A stretch of DNA of 64,000 nt, taken from the NCBI GenBank assembly GCA_030141605.1, contig JAQGDQ010000024.1:930001-994000 (forward strand). Direction: 5' to 3'. The DNA is from Tubiluchus corallicola. Its lineage: Eukaryota; Animalia; Priapulida. Below are positions 12,901-27,900 of the stretch, in pieces. Both the position numbers and the translations under genes were made by a program. Below the pieces are notes generated by a model. The model was not told the origin of the DNA. It saw only the letters and a program-made list of their open reading frames with translations, and made no database searches. Each line of letters starts with the position of its first letter. The stretch's first letter is position 1.

Positions 12901-15900
12901 CTGAATGGGCATGCACAAACATTATTTTGATACATTATGCGATAAAAATGTAAACATATAAGTATCTTACAGCCCTTAACGTTCAAACTTGCAAAAATAC
13001 TTCTTAATCAATACAATAATTCAATATAAACAATTAAAAATTGATGAATACAAAAGTACAAAGTAAAAAAGTTTTAGCAATAATGCATTTTGATGCCACT
13101 GGCTCCAACAAGGTTTCTGGAACCATTTTAATCATTTACTATGCTGCCTTAAAATCCTGGGCAGTATTTCTAAGCAACTTTTGTCTGATTTCATGCCACA
13201 CAATTCTTATGTGTGCCTGCACTCATGCAAACATAAGTAAACACAATAACAATTTACAGTATCTGATCCAGATAATCCAGTAGCAGAGCAAAGAAGAATG
13301 ATGGTAGACTCTTCCCTAACTGTGATATCAGGTGTTACACGAGTTATGGTAGGCGTGCTAGTACCTCCATTACCTGTATGTAAAAAGGATCAGTGTTAAT
13401 TTTTACGCATACAACTATTTTCAATACGTGGAAATTATTTGAACTAAAAGAAGTACATTGAAATGTTGACATAACAAAAGCTTCTATATTAGTTATAATG
13501 TGCAGTAAACATAATAATTCTTTAAAAAATATTATAGCATCGTGATTTCAATCTAAACATACAAGGGCAAACAAAAATGTGTTTAATTTATTAATCGGGC
13601 TAGATCACTGTAAATGTTAACCCACAAATAAAGAAAAACAGAAACAAACGAATAAACAAAAAAAGAAATAGGGCAAACAAAACTCAACAACAACAAACAA
13701 CAGCACACAATAAGCTAACAGACACTTACTTGTGACGACAACATCTTTAACATCAGAATCATCATCAATTTTACACCTATAAAACCCGGCATCATTTTCA
13801 TCTGGATCTCCCAAAGTAAGTATGAAGTTGTCCTGACTAGTTTGCCTAATACTAAACCGATCGTCATCTACTCTGACATTGTCTCCTCGTGTGAGCAGTN
13901 NNNNNNNNNNNNNNNNNNNNNNNNNNNNNNNNNNNNNNNNNNNNNNNNNNNNNNNNNNNNNNNNNNNNNNNNNNNNNNNNNNNNNNNNNNNNNNNNNNNA
14001 CATTCATAGTTTTAATAGAAGTCCCCCTAGCTTTGGGAAATGATAGCAAGGTGGGAATAATAACTAGAACTTAGTACTGTGTTTAGTTAATCTTCAGAAA
14101 AACAAAACAAGTTTCAAGGTTTTAGGACAAGTCTTGTTTAGGACAAAAATTTTTTGAAGGAATTCCAGTTCTAATGTGCAGTTGGATAACTTATTTTGTC
14201 TCACGAAATAAAAATGTAGCCCTTCAGTTCGAGAGCCAAGTTGTTCACATAAAAAAGCTACATAGCTCCAAAGTAATTAGCTTTATCACTATCTGGAAAT
14301 ACATGAGACACAATATCAGATGTAGTTTGGCAAAATATAAAGAAACATACATCCCGGGAAGTAGGGAGATCATCTACTTCACAATCTAACTCCAATTCGT
14401 CCAAATTCTGCAAGGAGGTTCGTTCAGATATAAATGTTATACGAGCATCAGATCCAGTGCCTACATAATTGAAGCAAAATAAAAATAAACAAAAAAAATC
14501 TATATTTTACATCGATACCTCAATGCATGATAAATACTTGTCTACTAAAAATATTACATATGTTAATATGTAGTGGGTTATTAAGTAACAATAGCAATGT
14601 TGTTAGAAGAAAATATGTCATGAATCCCTGCAGCCATAATAAGTTACGATTTCTATACAGTAACATACAGTAAATTGGGTCACTTCATATAATTAACCCA
14701 CATCAAAAACAATATTGAAGACAGTAGTGCAGACCACTAAAAAAGAGGCATGACATGAATATTTCTACACAAAAGTTAGGATTTGTTTAATGAATCTTAA
14801 ATAATCAATAAAGGGATTTTGCCTGCTTTAGCAGACAAAAGTGACCTTTGACCTTATTTGAAAAGACATTGCAGACACAAATCGATTAACTCATGAAAAC
14901 AATAGCTGAAATATCTGATCTTTAAACAGAGTAGGTTTCAATTTTTATGTTACGTTCTTATCACAAGTATCAAATTGGTTGGGCTCTAGTTGGAAGACTT
15001 GGACTGAGACCGTACAGAACAGAGAATTTTGGTGGTATGCTAAAGATAAAAACAATATTATCACTGAATGTATAAATATAACTTGTTTGGCACACATAGG
15101 TTTGTCTGGTTTTCATTTATCTGATAATTCTTACACAACAGAAAGTGAATTAAATTTTTGCTTTTCTTTTAAACTAAATTATTTACAATAATCATGTATC
15201 CGATACCCTTTTGATACTTGCTCAATGATAAATTATTCACTCATTGTGACACATTCATAATTAGCTGTTAGTAGTTGTAGCATTATATCTAACAAATGGT
15301 AGATGAAACAATGCTCACCTTTCCAAACTGCTTCTATGGATATAATACAGTTATTATTAAACCAAAGCTAACAATCTCACGGAAACAAATGCCAATTAGA
15401 TATTAAATTACCCAATGTATCACACATATTACCATTTAAGAACAATACAATGTGCCTGTAAATTACAGTATTGTACAAAAATTACCATCTCTCACAACTA
15501 CTTTAGTATCTTCAGAAGTACTACTGTCCACTATTATGCAGCGATAAGTATCCTCATCAGACGTTACAGCATCACGAATTGATAAATCAAAATGAGTTTC
15601 ACCATAATCATCGTCCTCAACTACTTCAATGTCTATGCGCCTGTTATTAGTTATAATATCGTCATTTTCAGTAAGTGTGTCAAATCGCGTGTTCGTTCTT
15701 CTTTTCTGCCAGCTCACCTACAAAATCGTTAAGTTTCCATAAACATCTAAAATGGAAAGTCAACTAAACATAAATGCGCAGCTGAATGAAGAAGTCAATC
15801 ATTTCGTGCAACAAACACTGTTAACTTTGGGAATACACATACGGTGGCTATTAGTAGCTGTTAATACAACTACGACTATTGCTATGACAACCACTGCTAC

Positions 15901-18900
15901 TACTACCACTGTTTCTGTTACAACTGCTACTACTACTACTACTACCACTACCACTATCATACCACCAGTACTACTACTACTTCTACCACCATCACTACCA
16001 CCACCGTGAGATAAACAACAATAACTACTTTAAAATTGTAAAATTATTGTATTGCCCTACGACAGTTCTCGCTAGATATCAAGTAAAATGTCAATTCCTT
16101 TCAGATAAATGGCAGATAAAAAATTCATGATATAAAGCACTAATAATACTTAAAATAATTCACTTCTATCATTCTTACAAACATCAAATGAAAAAATGCA
16201 GAAAAATGTTTAAACCTTTCTTAGCGCCACTGCGATGTTCAATATTAAATATGAAAAACAAAAATATACATACTACATCTGATCCTAAATTTCCTGACAC
16301 TGAACATCGAAGACTGATGCGTGCATCTTCCCTCACGGTGATTTCAGGGGTAATGCGAACAATAGAAAGCTTTGTACCGCCTATAACATAGAACCGAGAT
16401 TAAAACACTTAAAACAAATGCTCCACTAACTGTAACAGCATAAATTGATTTTGGCACATAAAAGATATAGTTCACACTCTCACTCATACTATCAACATTT
16501 TGCAAACATTCCACATTTTTGAAAAGAGTAGCTGTTGATTTTTGTTTCTCAGGACAAGCAAACTCTATTCATAAATACATATTTTGCAATACATGTCTTT
16601 ACAAATTGAAGATATGCTACTAAAAGAGTAAACTACATGCAATAGCTATCTCATCTCAAAAAAAAATCTCAGTTGTCTTACGGTGAATACAGAACCACAT
16701 GTTAATTTTCAACACAAAGAAAAATTTTTACTTATCAAAATGCATTCAAATGAAGTACAAGCATTTTTATCATGTGCTGTCTAAAACATCAGGATTCAAC
16801 TAATTTTTTCTTAGAACGAAACGATTTTAGAACGAAAATTTACCACAAAATTTTTCTCGAATATCTAGCAAACCGAAAAGCTAAAAAAACCCAAACAGTA
16901 ATTTTACTATGGATACACAAAATAGCCTAAGTGCAGCTCCTTAATGTGCACTATAATGTGATAGGTCGTAGATACAAAGTTAAAACAAAAAACAATTTTG
17001 GTTTTCTTCTAAAGATGGATTAAAGCACCAAATAGCAACTTACTTGTAATTTTAAATGCATAACAGCAATTAGACAACAGGTAATGTGATGGCATAGTGC
17101 ATTTTACTTACCATACAAAACTGCAATAAGATGCCACATTAACACCGTATCAAGCTATATTCAAACTACCGAAAAGTGACTACTGAAAATTGTGATTTTT
17201 GTAATCCATCTCAATGAATTGCAGCAGTCAACTCGAGCCCAACATTGTTTCTTGCTAAGTTAGCTATTTGGATTAATGTACTTAATGAACGACTGAATAA
17301 CAAGATTGCAGATGTATTCCAAAGAGGTTTGCACTGCACTATCAGTGTCCAACATCACAAAAAAACGTGAATTTGTTTTATGCAAGTTCGCTTTCAATAT
17401 GTTTTCAATGCACGAGAAGCCCAAGTTGGGATGTATGTAATAATCTAATGCCAGTCTGAATTGAGATACAGTACATATACAAATATTAACTCCATCCATT
17501 CGTTATGGAAAACCATGAGTGCTGTTGCAGGAATTATACCACCAGCACAGTTTCTATATATTTACTGCATACCTACAACATCCACGGTTACGTCTCTGCT
17601 GCTAGACATGCTACTCGTCATGCATCTGTACGTTCCATCATCATCAACCTCAACATCGGCTATGGTCAACTTAAAAACATCCTGTCCATTCTTACTATCT
17701 TCTGTGACTCCAATCCGCCTGTCTTCCACTTCCACATCTGTATCCTCACTAAGAAGTGTGGTGCTGGAACTGCTTCTCACTTTGTGCCATTGAATCTGCA
17801 GCAAAAATTTGCAAAATTAATGACAACTGTTAAAGTTGTGGTTGTGGTCTGGTTTTGCTAAATTCTAAATTGTTTGCTTTTGCTAATACCGCTTTAAATT
17901 AGTGAACATAATTATTCGATTGTTTTAAAAATGTTCTGAAGCACTTCTGCTGTTAGTGATATCTACCAGGAAGCAAGTTCGAATCGAATTTGTGACTTGC
18001 GATCTTCATTCAGACCGAATTTCAGCACTTTCGGTTCCGAATCGGGGTTAAATTCGAAGATTTTCCAATAAATTTTCAAATCACTAATAATGATTTCACA
18101 AAGAAAATGCATATTTCTTGATTTTGTACCAAGTAAACTCCACTGAACTCAATTTCTGATGAGGAGGATACCGTTCAGGAGGGGTGCTTGTCAAGCTGCA
18201 CCAAGATACAGGAGAGTAGGTTCTTGCACAGTCACTTTCACTGCCATTATTCTGGCTGAAAATGCTCCTTCATACCCAGCCTTGGCAAGCCGTCAAAGTT
18301 TTCACAACTTATCCTTCATCCTATTCATGTGAACAGACATTCTCTACTATGGCGGTTGTCAAAAACAAGTATAGAATCGACTACAATTGGAACATGACAT
18401 GTGTCTGGCATTGTCAGTTACCGCACTTCGAATTGAGAAGTTGGCTTCTCAAAAGCAAGCTCAACCTTCTCACTGATTACAACCTTGCTTTTAACTAACT
18501 CTTATTATTTAAAATATTTTAAAACAAATATTTGTTAGTAGTTATAATAAGGCCTTTTGAGGCACATATTCTCGTCTCTTTAATAAATATCAAACTTAGT
18601 TTCGAATGGTTGGGGTCGTGCAGCTTGGGCAACTGATGCAATTCCCCATCAGAGAAAGGTTGAAAACCACTGATCTAGTACCTACATGGTTATTGTTAAT
18701 AGCATAAATATTTTGTATAGCACATATATTTAAGCAGGTTGGACAACTGTTTATGGTGTAGCTAGCAATTTTATGTAATAATTGTACTTGTTTGGCACTT
18801 TATGTGAAAGCGACCACATAATTGTTTGTGGCATGAATTTTTTAACAGTGAACCCCTAAAATCTGGTGCCTATGCTGCAGCCTAGTTAGCCTATTGATAA

Positions 18901-21900
18901 ATACACGCCTGAAAACTATGTGTGGTTGAAATTCTGAATTATTTGAAAATATAGTTTTAGGTTCAAATCGAATACGAACTAAAAAACTAAAAAAATCTCA
19001 AAAGCTCGATGCTCATCCCTAGTAACTGTAAATTGTGACACTAAAGAAAATTAAATAAGCATCTTATTGAAGTGTAGTAATATAGTAGTGATAAAGAAAA
19101 TGACCAAATTATAAGAAACAAAGCTTGATATACAACAACAACAGTGGATGCAATTAACTTTACTTGATTAAAGTAAAAGTTAAACTTGTATGGTTTGCTA
19201 CCACTTTATATTATAAATTAAAATAACAGCCATCAACACGACCTAAATTGAAACAAAACATTTAAAGAACATATTACAAATAAAATCTTAGAAATCAACA
19301 TTAAACAAAAAACTTTGCACCAGCACACAAATTTCTCCTTGATGTAGCACACTGACCAAGATGTACAAAAAAAGCCAACAAGAAAATGGAATGGTGCATT
19401 CAATTAAAAAAAGCTGTTATATGCTTTAATTCATAAGTAAAACACTCACACATATAAGGCTTATAAGCGCACAAAAATAATATGAATATAAAGATTATTC
19501 AAACCACTTAAACATAAGCAACAATTGTTAAATATTTTTTATACCTTTTCAGATCTAGTCCGCTCGAAAACATAGCACTCCAAAAGTAATGTTCGGCCAA
19601 CCGACACTTCTTTTGGATCAGCCAGTACCTTAGTGATTGCAGTTTCGCCTATTAAAATAAACAATAATGGTTGAAACTTTCATCTTGCGCAAAATAAGAT
19701 TTTGCTAGTGTTTTTGCTACATGACATCAGCATGATCGAGAAAAGATTCTGACTAATTTCTGAATTTAGTAATTTCTGAATATACTTGGCTGTCGTTTGC
19801 TGTTTACCTAACACATTTTGCAGTAAGCTGCCGTAATAAGCTGCCATATTTAGTTGCCAAAATGAATAAAGTGAGAAACAAAATTTATATTGCTCTCATG
19901 TTTTGTACGAGATTTTGCAAGATAGGAACACAGTTATCTATCAATAAGTATCATGGTGTGATGTTAAGTTGTTTAAACGTGACATGAAACTGTGTGAAAT
20001 GTTTGGGCCGACGCTGACTACAAGTTTTTCGCGAGTGACATCTAGTTGCAAATACTGTAAATGTTATGTGGTGTTACATTTTTGCCACCTCTTTTTTTGC
20101 GAAGCAAGCCACAATAAAAGCCAAATTACAGGCATCAAGAAAGCAACAGAACTATCATTTTAAGCAGTATACAAATAATTGCTGATCCAGAGGAAACAAT
20201 AAACTTGCTGTTTATAATATTATCACTACAGACGATACCTTCTCGGCCAATAAATGTTGTTTCTGATGAAGGATTATCGTTTGTAGTTTCACATCGATAG
20301 CTGCCAAAATGGCTGCTCCTCAGTCTTGATATAGTAATGGTGAAAGTTTCCTCGTCTCCTGAATTGCTGACGTCTATACTTATTCGTGCATCATTGGTTA
20401 TCTTTCTTGAACCAGTAGATAGAAGAACATCTTCGCCATCATTCTCAACATAGTACCACTCAACCTAAATGTTTTTAAGGCATATAAATTTAAGATTTTT
20501 GAAAATGTTTAAGCTTTATGCTTTAAAAACACTTAAGATGAAAGAATATAGTTGTTACCAAAACCAGTGAGAAGTTAATAGCAGCAAAAACAAATATGCA
20601 TCCTTTAATTCTAATGCTATAGGAAGGCAACGCTAAAGCAGTAGATATGCCAGTAAAATTCTTAACTGGGAAGAGTAGATTGCATGCGCAATTAACTAAA
20701 TTGACACTCAAGTCTCCAGTATTTAGAGAATTTACCGTGTCATCACCAGTCAATCCTCTAACAGTGCATTCAATATCAACAACGTCGCTTAAATCAGCCT
20801 GTATAGGATCCGTTATGAATGTGATTTCGACGTCATCTGAGCCTGAAATGTGAAGCAATAGTCATTTGTGGTGCAAAAAGCAAGTGCAAAAACAATTAGT
20901 TTGGAATTGAATTTGTAAGTGATTCATTTCCATTAAGCAAATGTAGCTAGTACATAACAGTAACGCTCCGATGAGGAAACAAAAAAGCAAACTTGCATTT
21001 TCTATTTTCATTTCTAATTGTGAGGAACCATAATTAATCATCAATTTATTATAAACAACTGTTAGTAATAACTATACTAGACAGTAATTTAGACTATATG
21101 TTAGAGAAAATGACAGTGTGCAGAATACTGAAAATGTGCAGAATGAAAGAATAAAAAGCAAAAAAGGGGAAAAATTTATTTATTGACAAATAAGAACACC
21201 AGCTACAGAAAGTAACAAATGTAGTTATAGTTAGTAATTAATAAGACTAATAATCTAACAAATACATGAATAAATATACATACATATGATTCAAGTGCAT
21301 TAAGTTTCAACTGACAGCAAACAGGAACAATTGCTAATAAAAAGAACAAAAAGAAAAGACAGCTATTAAGAAAGAAATTTATGGTAAGGAATTTCAGAAA
21401 TAGAAAGCACACACAAACAACTATCTTGTATCTAGAAATGCGCAGGATAAACTTATGAACAACAGAATCAAAACTGGTAATTCAAACAAATTACTAGTAC
21501 ATTCGAATCAGTGAACAATGGGCCCAAAAGCACCATTAACTACGGTAGCAAAAAAAGGCAGCATGTAGCAAAAGATCTTCGATGAATCAAATACTGTAAG
21601 GTTGTCTCCAATCAGACCAAATCACACTGACAATACGATTTTGCTACCAGTAAAGTAGATCATGCTACAGGCTACAATATAAATTCAAATGTGGTTGTTG
21701 AACTTAATGTGCTCCACAAATTCCAGATAAAAGTATGGTACTACAGATGTTCTTTTTTACAATGAGTTCTAATACATTAAACAAAGTTTCACAAATAAAT
21801 ATAAGAATGACATTAATACACAGTGAATACCTACTTGTAAAATACTGAGATAGTGAAAAGATTAAATGAATTTGTGTTATGTGTATTAAACCAACCTCAT

Positions 21901-24900
21901 CCTTAGACAAAAGAAAATTCGAGCGCCTTTAAAAGTGAGTAACAAGCAAGTAATAGGTGTTTGTCCAAAACAAATTCTAGTAAGTGTTACAATCAGTAGC
22001 ATTATTTGGCTAGGAAAATGGAGAGCCTGGATGATCATTGGCAGACAGTAGAAGCTTTTCAAGTTCTAATAGAAATAAATTGGGTATGGATAGCATACCC
22101 GACATGTAGTATAGTGCATGTATAGTTTGTGAATTAAGTCACAGGTTAAATTGGCAAGGTGTGATTATAAGGGCAGACATGACACAATTAAAATTTAAAA
22201 TGATAAACTTGTGCTAAAACATTATACTTGTGGTATAAAAAAAACTATTAACAGAGGCATCTTAGACTGGTTAAATAGATTTAGACTCTTTAAGATAAAC
22301 AAATGCCTTTTCTTTTCTGAGAAAAAGAAAAGACTACTTACATACTCTACGCTGTCTAGTGTTTTGCCATCCTTATTCACATTTGCGCACCTGCTTGCAC
22401 ATCTAACATGCTTATACTAACATGGCCATATGACTGACCAATCAACTATCTTCTGTACTAATAGAACCCAAGTACCTAACTACAGCACCATTTGTCACAT
22501 CAATGAATAGTTGTTTTATGTCTTATACATACACATATATATATATATATATACATATAATAGTTTAATTACCATTACTTATAAAAACGTATAACTACTT
22601 TTTTTGCTTACAAATATATTTTTGCATGACTACTTACATTAGTGGTGTGAACCAAACTGAGTGTTTGCAAAGTTTATAGACTGATTTTTGTAATTCACTG
22701 TTTAGAATACCTTTTGTAAGAGCCAATATTTGTTTCAGATTAAACAACAAATTGCACTGTTGGGGTACCTAAACTACGTATTGCCAATAAAATTGCAGGT
22801 GCAGTAATTTTCAAGTCCTAAAGTCTTTAAAAAAACAATTTCAAACAAACAAAGATATTTATTGGTTTTCAGAGTATCACTTTCTTACATTTCAATATCA
22901 TTTTCAACTTTATTAGATGTCTAATAACTTTTATTTGGTATTTAACTGAAACACTAATACTAGATTAATCTCTACCTACCTCTTATGTTCAACCTTGTGT
23001 CCTTTTCATCAAAATCCTGGTTTGTCGTCCGACAGCTGTATGTGCCAGCATCAGACCCTCTGACATCCCTGATGGATAATTCAAAGATATCCTCTGATGA
23101 GAATTCGGCGATTTGGATGGAGAAGCGATTATCACTTATCAACACATCATCTCCTCGCGTCAGAGTTCTGGTACGAGAACCAGAAATTTTGAGCCATTCA
23201 ACCTAAGCAAGAGTGATATGAGTGATAGTAATAATAATAATATTCCCACTATCATTAACATCTATCAGTGAGATCATTAGTTTTCACAATTTTTTGGTAA
23301 CCCAAATATATATACAGCTACGTTAATGTGGCTATTTTTCAACTGGCAATTAGCTGACATTGCTAAGGTATTTAAAGCATTTAAACTATCATACATTTAA
23401 ACTCATACTAGCATTTAAACCAGACATATGACAGAAGCTTAATGTTGTTCTTATTCACTTAACTTTTTAAAATTAGGGAATGGTGTGGCAGTAGTATACT
23501 CACAGTAGTGGAACCTGTTAAACCTGCTACAAAACACTCATAGACAACATCTTCACCTTCATCAACAGTTCTAGCAGGTGTAATACCTGTGATTGTCGCC
23601 TCACCTGTAAACAAAAGTATTCAACACTCTCAATACAAGAAACCAAAAAAATTTATGCTTATAAAAATAAAACCATTTCACTTAACACCAATTTAGAAAA
23701 ACCAAAGACCAAATGTACTTTCTGCAGTGACACTTAAAGTGAAACTAAATTTCTGTGAAAAAGCAGCTACCATCATTGAACATCATTTTAGTTGAGGTTA
23801 GAACTTGACTCAGACAGAACTCGGAGATTAATTTTTAACGGTAAAACTTTAAACACATCCGAGTTACAATGCCCATGGGCTAAAAATTAACATAAAGATG
23901 CTCATAATTCCCCATATGCCCACATTAAATGAAACACAATATGGTATACTCCTAATTTTTATTTTTATTTCATACTATATCTGAGTAAACTGCCTATGTG
24001 TTACTGATTGTTATTATTTTATACCTTCCCAATCAGTCATATTTAGCTTAACTATATAGGCACATTTCAGGATAAGCTGTTATACATGGTCTTTGGAAAA
24101 TTACATCAAAATGTGTACTGACTGGCTTAAAAATTTATAGGCACTGCGTTTCGACTATGCAGAACCGGTATGTCATACTCCGCAGCTGGGAAAAAGGGGC
24201 GACAAATGGACAGACAGCAGACAACTGATAATTCTACAGCTACCCACTTTGCTTGGACAACTATAAAAAGCAAATCAGCACCAAAAAAATTGAAAATTGG
24301 GTTTGACACTTAACTCAGGTAGAATGGGTTAATGTCAAATCACTAGCATTCACATTATCAAAAATGTACATTTTTGGTTTATAAAAAATAAAATTTTCTT
24401 CAATAGCAAATCTTAATAAGTAGGATGATAGTTAGCATTAGATTAACCTAACACCCACCATTTAAAATCATTGCAAAAAAACTGACAGGCAGAATATTTG
24501 ATCATCACTAAATGACAAAATTTAGTCTTTATCAGGCACAACCCAGTAGCAAATTTGCTATATTTACTAGGCTTCTATATATGCAATATCTGTAAACATT
24601 TACCATTACTAGTAACTGTCAGTGCTACGTCATCATATACTGAGTCTGCATTTGTAGTTTTGCATCTGTATCTTCCTTCGTCAGATGTTCTCAGCCTTGA
24701 TATTGTCAGTATAAAAACATCTTCTGGAACATTTGTGTCTTGATTTTGATAGACATCCAACTCAATTTTTACTCTTGAATCCGATGTTTCCACCTCGTCT
24801 CCATGAGTAAGGACTTCCTCTCTGTTTCTGCTATCGATAAAGATCCACTCGACCTAGGAAAAAAGCAGAAACAGTGGTCATTTGCCCTGGTTGTGATGCT

Positions 24901-27900
24901 TTTTAAAAACGACCTATCTCACGTTTTAGTCCTGTTATACCTATTTTAGCAGGCAGCAGAACTCACCTCAAGACACCACAAAGTGGCGTGGAAATGTTTC
25001 TTCGTACACGCAAAATGAGAAGAAATTTGGCATAAGTTTGCAAAAACCTACTGGCTGAATTCAGAGAAATAACAAAATACAAAATCTTCGTACATTTGTA
25101 GCATACATTAGGGATACACTGCCCAAGCATTACATTAATTACTCTAAATAAAGAGTACAAGTTTAGTAAAAAATGGCACTTGTTTCCCCTTTCTTCCAGT
25201 GGACTTGTTCCAAAAGATAATCATTAATGAGCAAACACATTGGAGAACTTTCCTATGATGTACAGATAAATCTTTAAGAATGCTGGAACTGACGTAGACT
25301 TGCACATAATTATATATATTAATCATATAAAAAATCATATACAGGCAAAATTAATATAAAGCTAACAGACAGGCCAAATGTTAATGATGAATGGTTTCCC
25401 TTAGCCCAGGGGGCACAGCTTAACTGGAAATGTTGGAAAATACTGCAATATGCTGGAAATTTAAAGTCCTGCATGTTGTTTTCTCTTGCTCGCCCTACAT
25501 AATTTTTGTCAATTCCCCCAATCCTAGATTTTGTCCATCGATGATAATGTAAGTTATCTGCTACTGCAGGAGAAGTGAGGCCAAAAAATGAAACATGCAG
25601 AATCATTAACGATTTTTTTTGTAACAAATGTAACACCAATCAGTAATAAACAAGTAAAAAACAAATTTTTCATCTGTTTCAGTTTTAAAAACTGTCCATA
25701 ACTTCAGCAACAGAATTCTGAAACACTGGGAGAACGTTCAAGATATATACAAGATCATTCCAGGGTTTTGTTTTATTTATTCACTTTATTTAGATTTTTA
25801 TGTAGTGCACTATATCGCTATTGTTTTTACATTTCACCAAGTTACAACTTAGCCTTATATCTAATTAGCATCACACAAATAAACAATCACAAATATAAAA
25901 AACTTTGATGTGAAACCTGACTACGATGCTGGTAGCAAACCAACGAATTGATGCAACTCTAGCTAAAAGTTCACAAATTCGTAATAAACACGGACCTTTT
26001 CTATATGGACAAATGAAAAACTGTACAGCAATCGTGAAGCCAAGATTCAAATACAACACCCATCTAAAACGACCAGTGAAAACGAAACACGAATGTGGTT
26101 GAAAAACTTACAGTTGATTGCTGTAATCCAGAAACAAAGCACTCTAGCAACAGTTCTTCACCGGACTGGAGCTCTTGATCAACTGAGATTTCCTCAATGA
26201 GGGGGTTTTCATTCTCACCTGAATAAGTCGAATAAGTAATTTTTGTAGACTAAAAAAATGTTGGCAGGAAAATTATCCTCTACCATACAAGCAGTTGATT
26301 CTACTAATTTTTCTAATTGATACAAACTGAGTTATGATAAGTAATTTACTACACGCTTACAACTAACTAATTCCAGAAACAACAGACTTCTTGCAAAACA
26401 AAAAATCATATTTAAATCATATTAACATATATCAAAAACACAAATGGAATAAATGCACTTGACTATGTTTCAAACAGTGGTATATAGTTTACATGTTTGC
26501 TATACCTTATTTTCACATGCCTACAAACACATGTCTAACATGCCCAAGTATAACTTGCAGAAAAAAACAAAGTAAAAGAATCACACAAAAAGTTTTAACA
26601 CCAGTTGTTAGTGCACCAATCTTTTGTCTACCAGGTAAGATTGTTACCATTATTAACATCAAATTAGACCAAAACATTACATGCACCTGGACAAATTAAT
26701 AGCTTAGTTTTTGCTAACTCATTCCAGCTTGTTAATGCAAGTAATAATTGTTAGCCACAAGAAAATTGATAATAACCACAAAAGAGAAAGAAGTACTTCT
26801 TAATACTAATTAAATTAACTAAATTACCTAAGAATTAAAATTAGTTAAAATAAAGTTAAAATGGTTAAAAACAAAAATTAATACACTATGAACTGTAAAC
26901 ATTTTCAAATACTATGAGGTCAAAAAAGTAATATAATCTAAGAACAAAAATCTATGTATAAATTATGATTACAGAATAGAAAATTGACAGTAATTATATT
27001 TACATTTTTCAGGAAATTGGTATATTTACTGGTTTATACTTAGTTTGGAGTGTGGAGAGCAATATAAGTTTTAGTATTACTAATAGAGCAACACTGACGA
27101 ATCACATTTTTAATAATTACATGAAATATCTTATTTCATAACAAGAATTACACTCATTTTTACCCATATGAATAACTTACATCAGAAATATCTAGTGATG
27201 CATAAGGGTGCAATATGCATACGGTGAAAGACTTACTGAAAGCTGCTTGATAATCACATCCTCCAAAGCATAAACGAGGAAACAAGTTGAAACATCCCAA
27301 AACCACAAACATAAGAAAATGCAAATATTTAGCAGAATAGTCACACAAACATATAATTTGTAATATTAAAATGCAATTATCAAAGGATTAATTTAGTATT
27401 ATATTACAAAACCACAAACATAAGAAAATGCAAATATTTAGCAGAATAGTCACACAAACATATAATTTGTAATATTAAAATGCAATTATCAAAGGATTAA
27501 TTTAGTATTATAACACGTATGTCTAACACCCCAACCACCAAAAATGTCAAACCAGCTATCTTAGCACCCAGGAAATAATATCACATGTAAACAATTAGAC
27601 TGGAGCAAAAATATTTGCCATTGTTCTCACCCTTCACAGTAATTGTTGTCTGGTCACTGGTTTGATCTACATTTGTGCTTTCACAGCGGTACGTTCCTTC
27701 GTCTTGTTCCACAATATCGTTAATAGACAAAATAAAGATGAACTCTTCAAAGAGGGTTTCAACGTCAATTCGATATTTCTCGTTAACATTACGTACAACA
27801 ACTTCATCAGCATTAGTAAGCACAGTAACATCTCCGCCAACCACTTTTTGCCATTCAATCTGTTCAACACATGTGCACACAGTTGAAAGATACAAACTGA

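Larger units (their letters stand above)
7919..13899. repeat. Near-identical tandem array, unit ~2165-2184 bp (two Ig domains, 4 exons plus introns), ~2.75 copies
   Basis: Equivalent exon ends at 8109/10293/12458 and 9410/11575/13730; introns also nearly identical. Confidence 0.95.

Noticed and set aside
15752-16009. Thr-rich mucin-like ORF on + strand
   Set aside because: Product of an ACT trinucleotide repeat in an intron
22342-22390. AG...GTAAG-bounded 49-nt segment
   Set aside because: Not frame-preserving and has an in-frame stop
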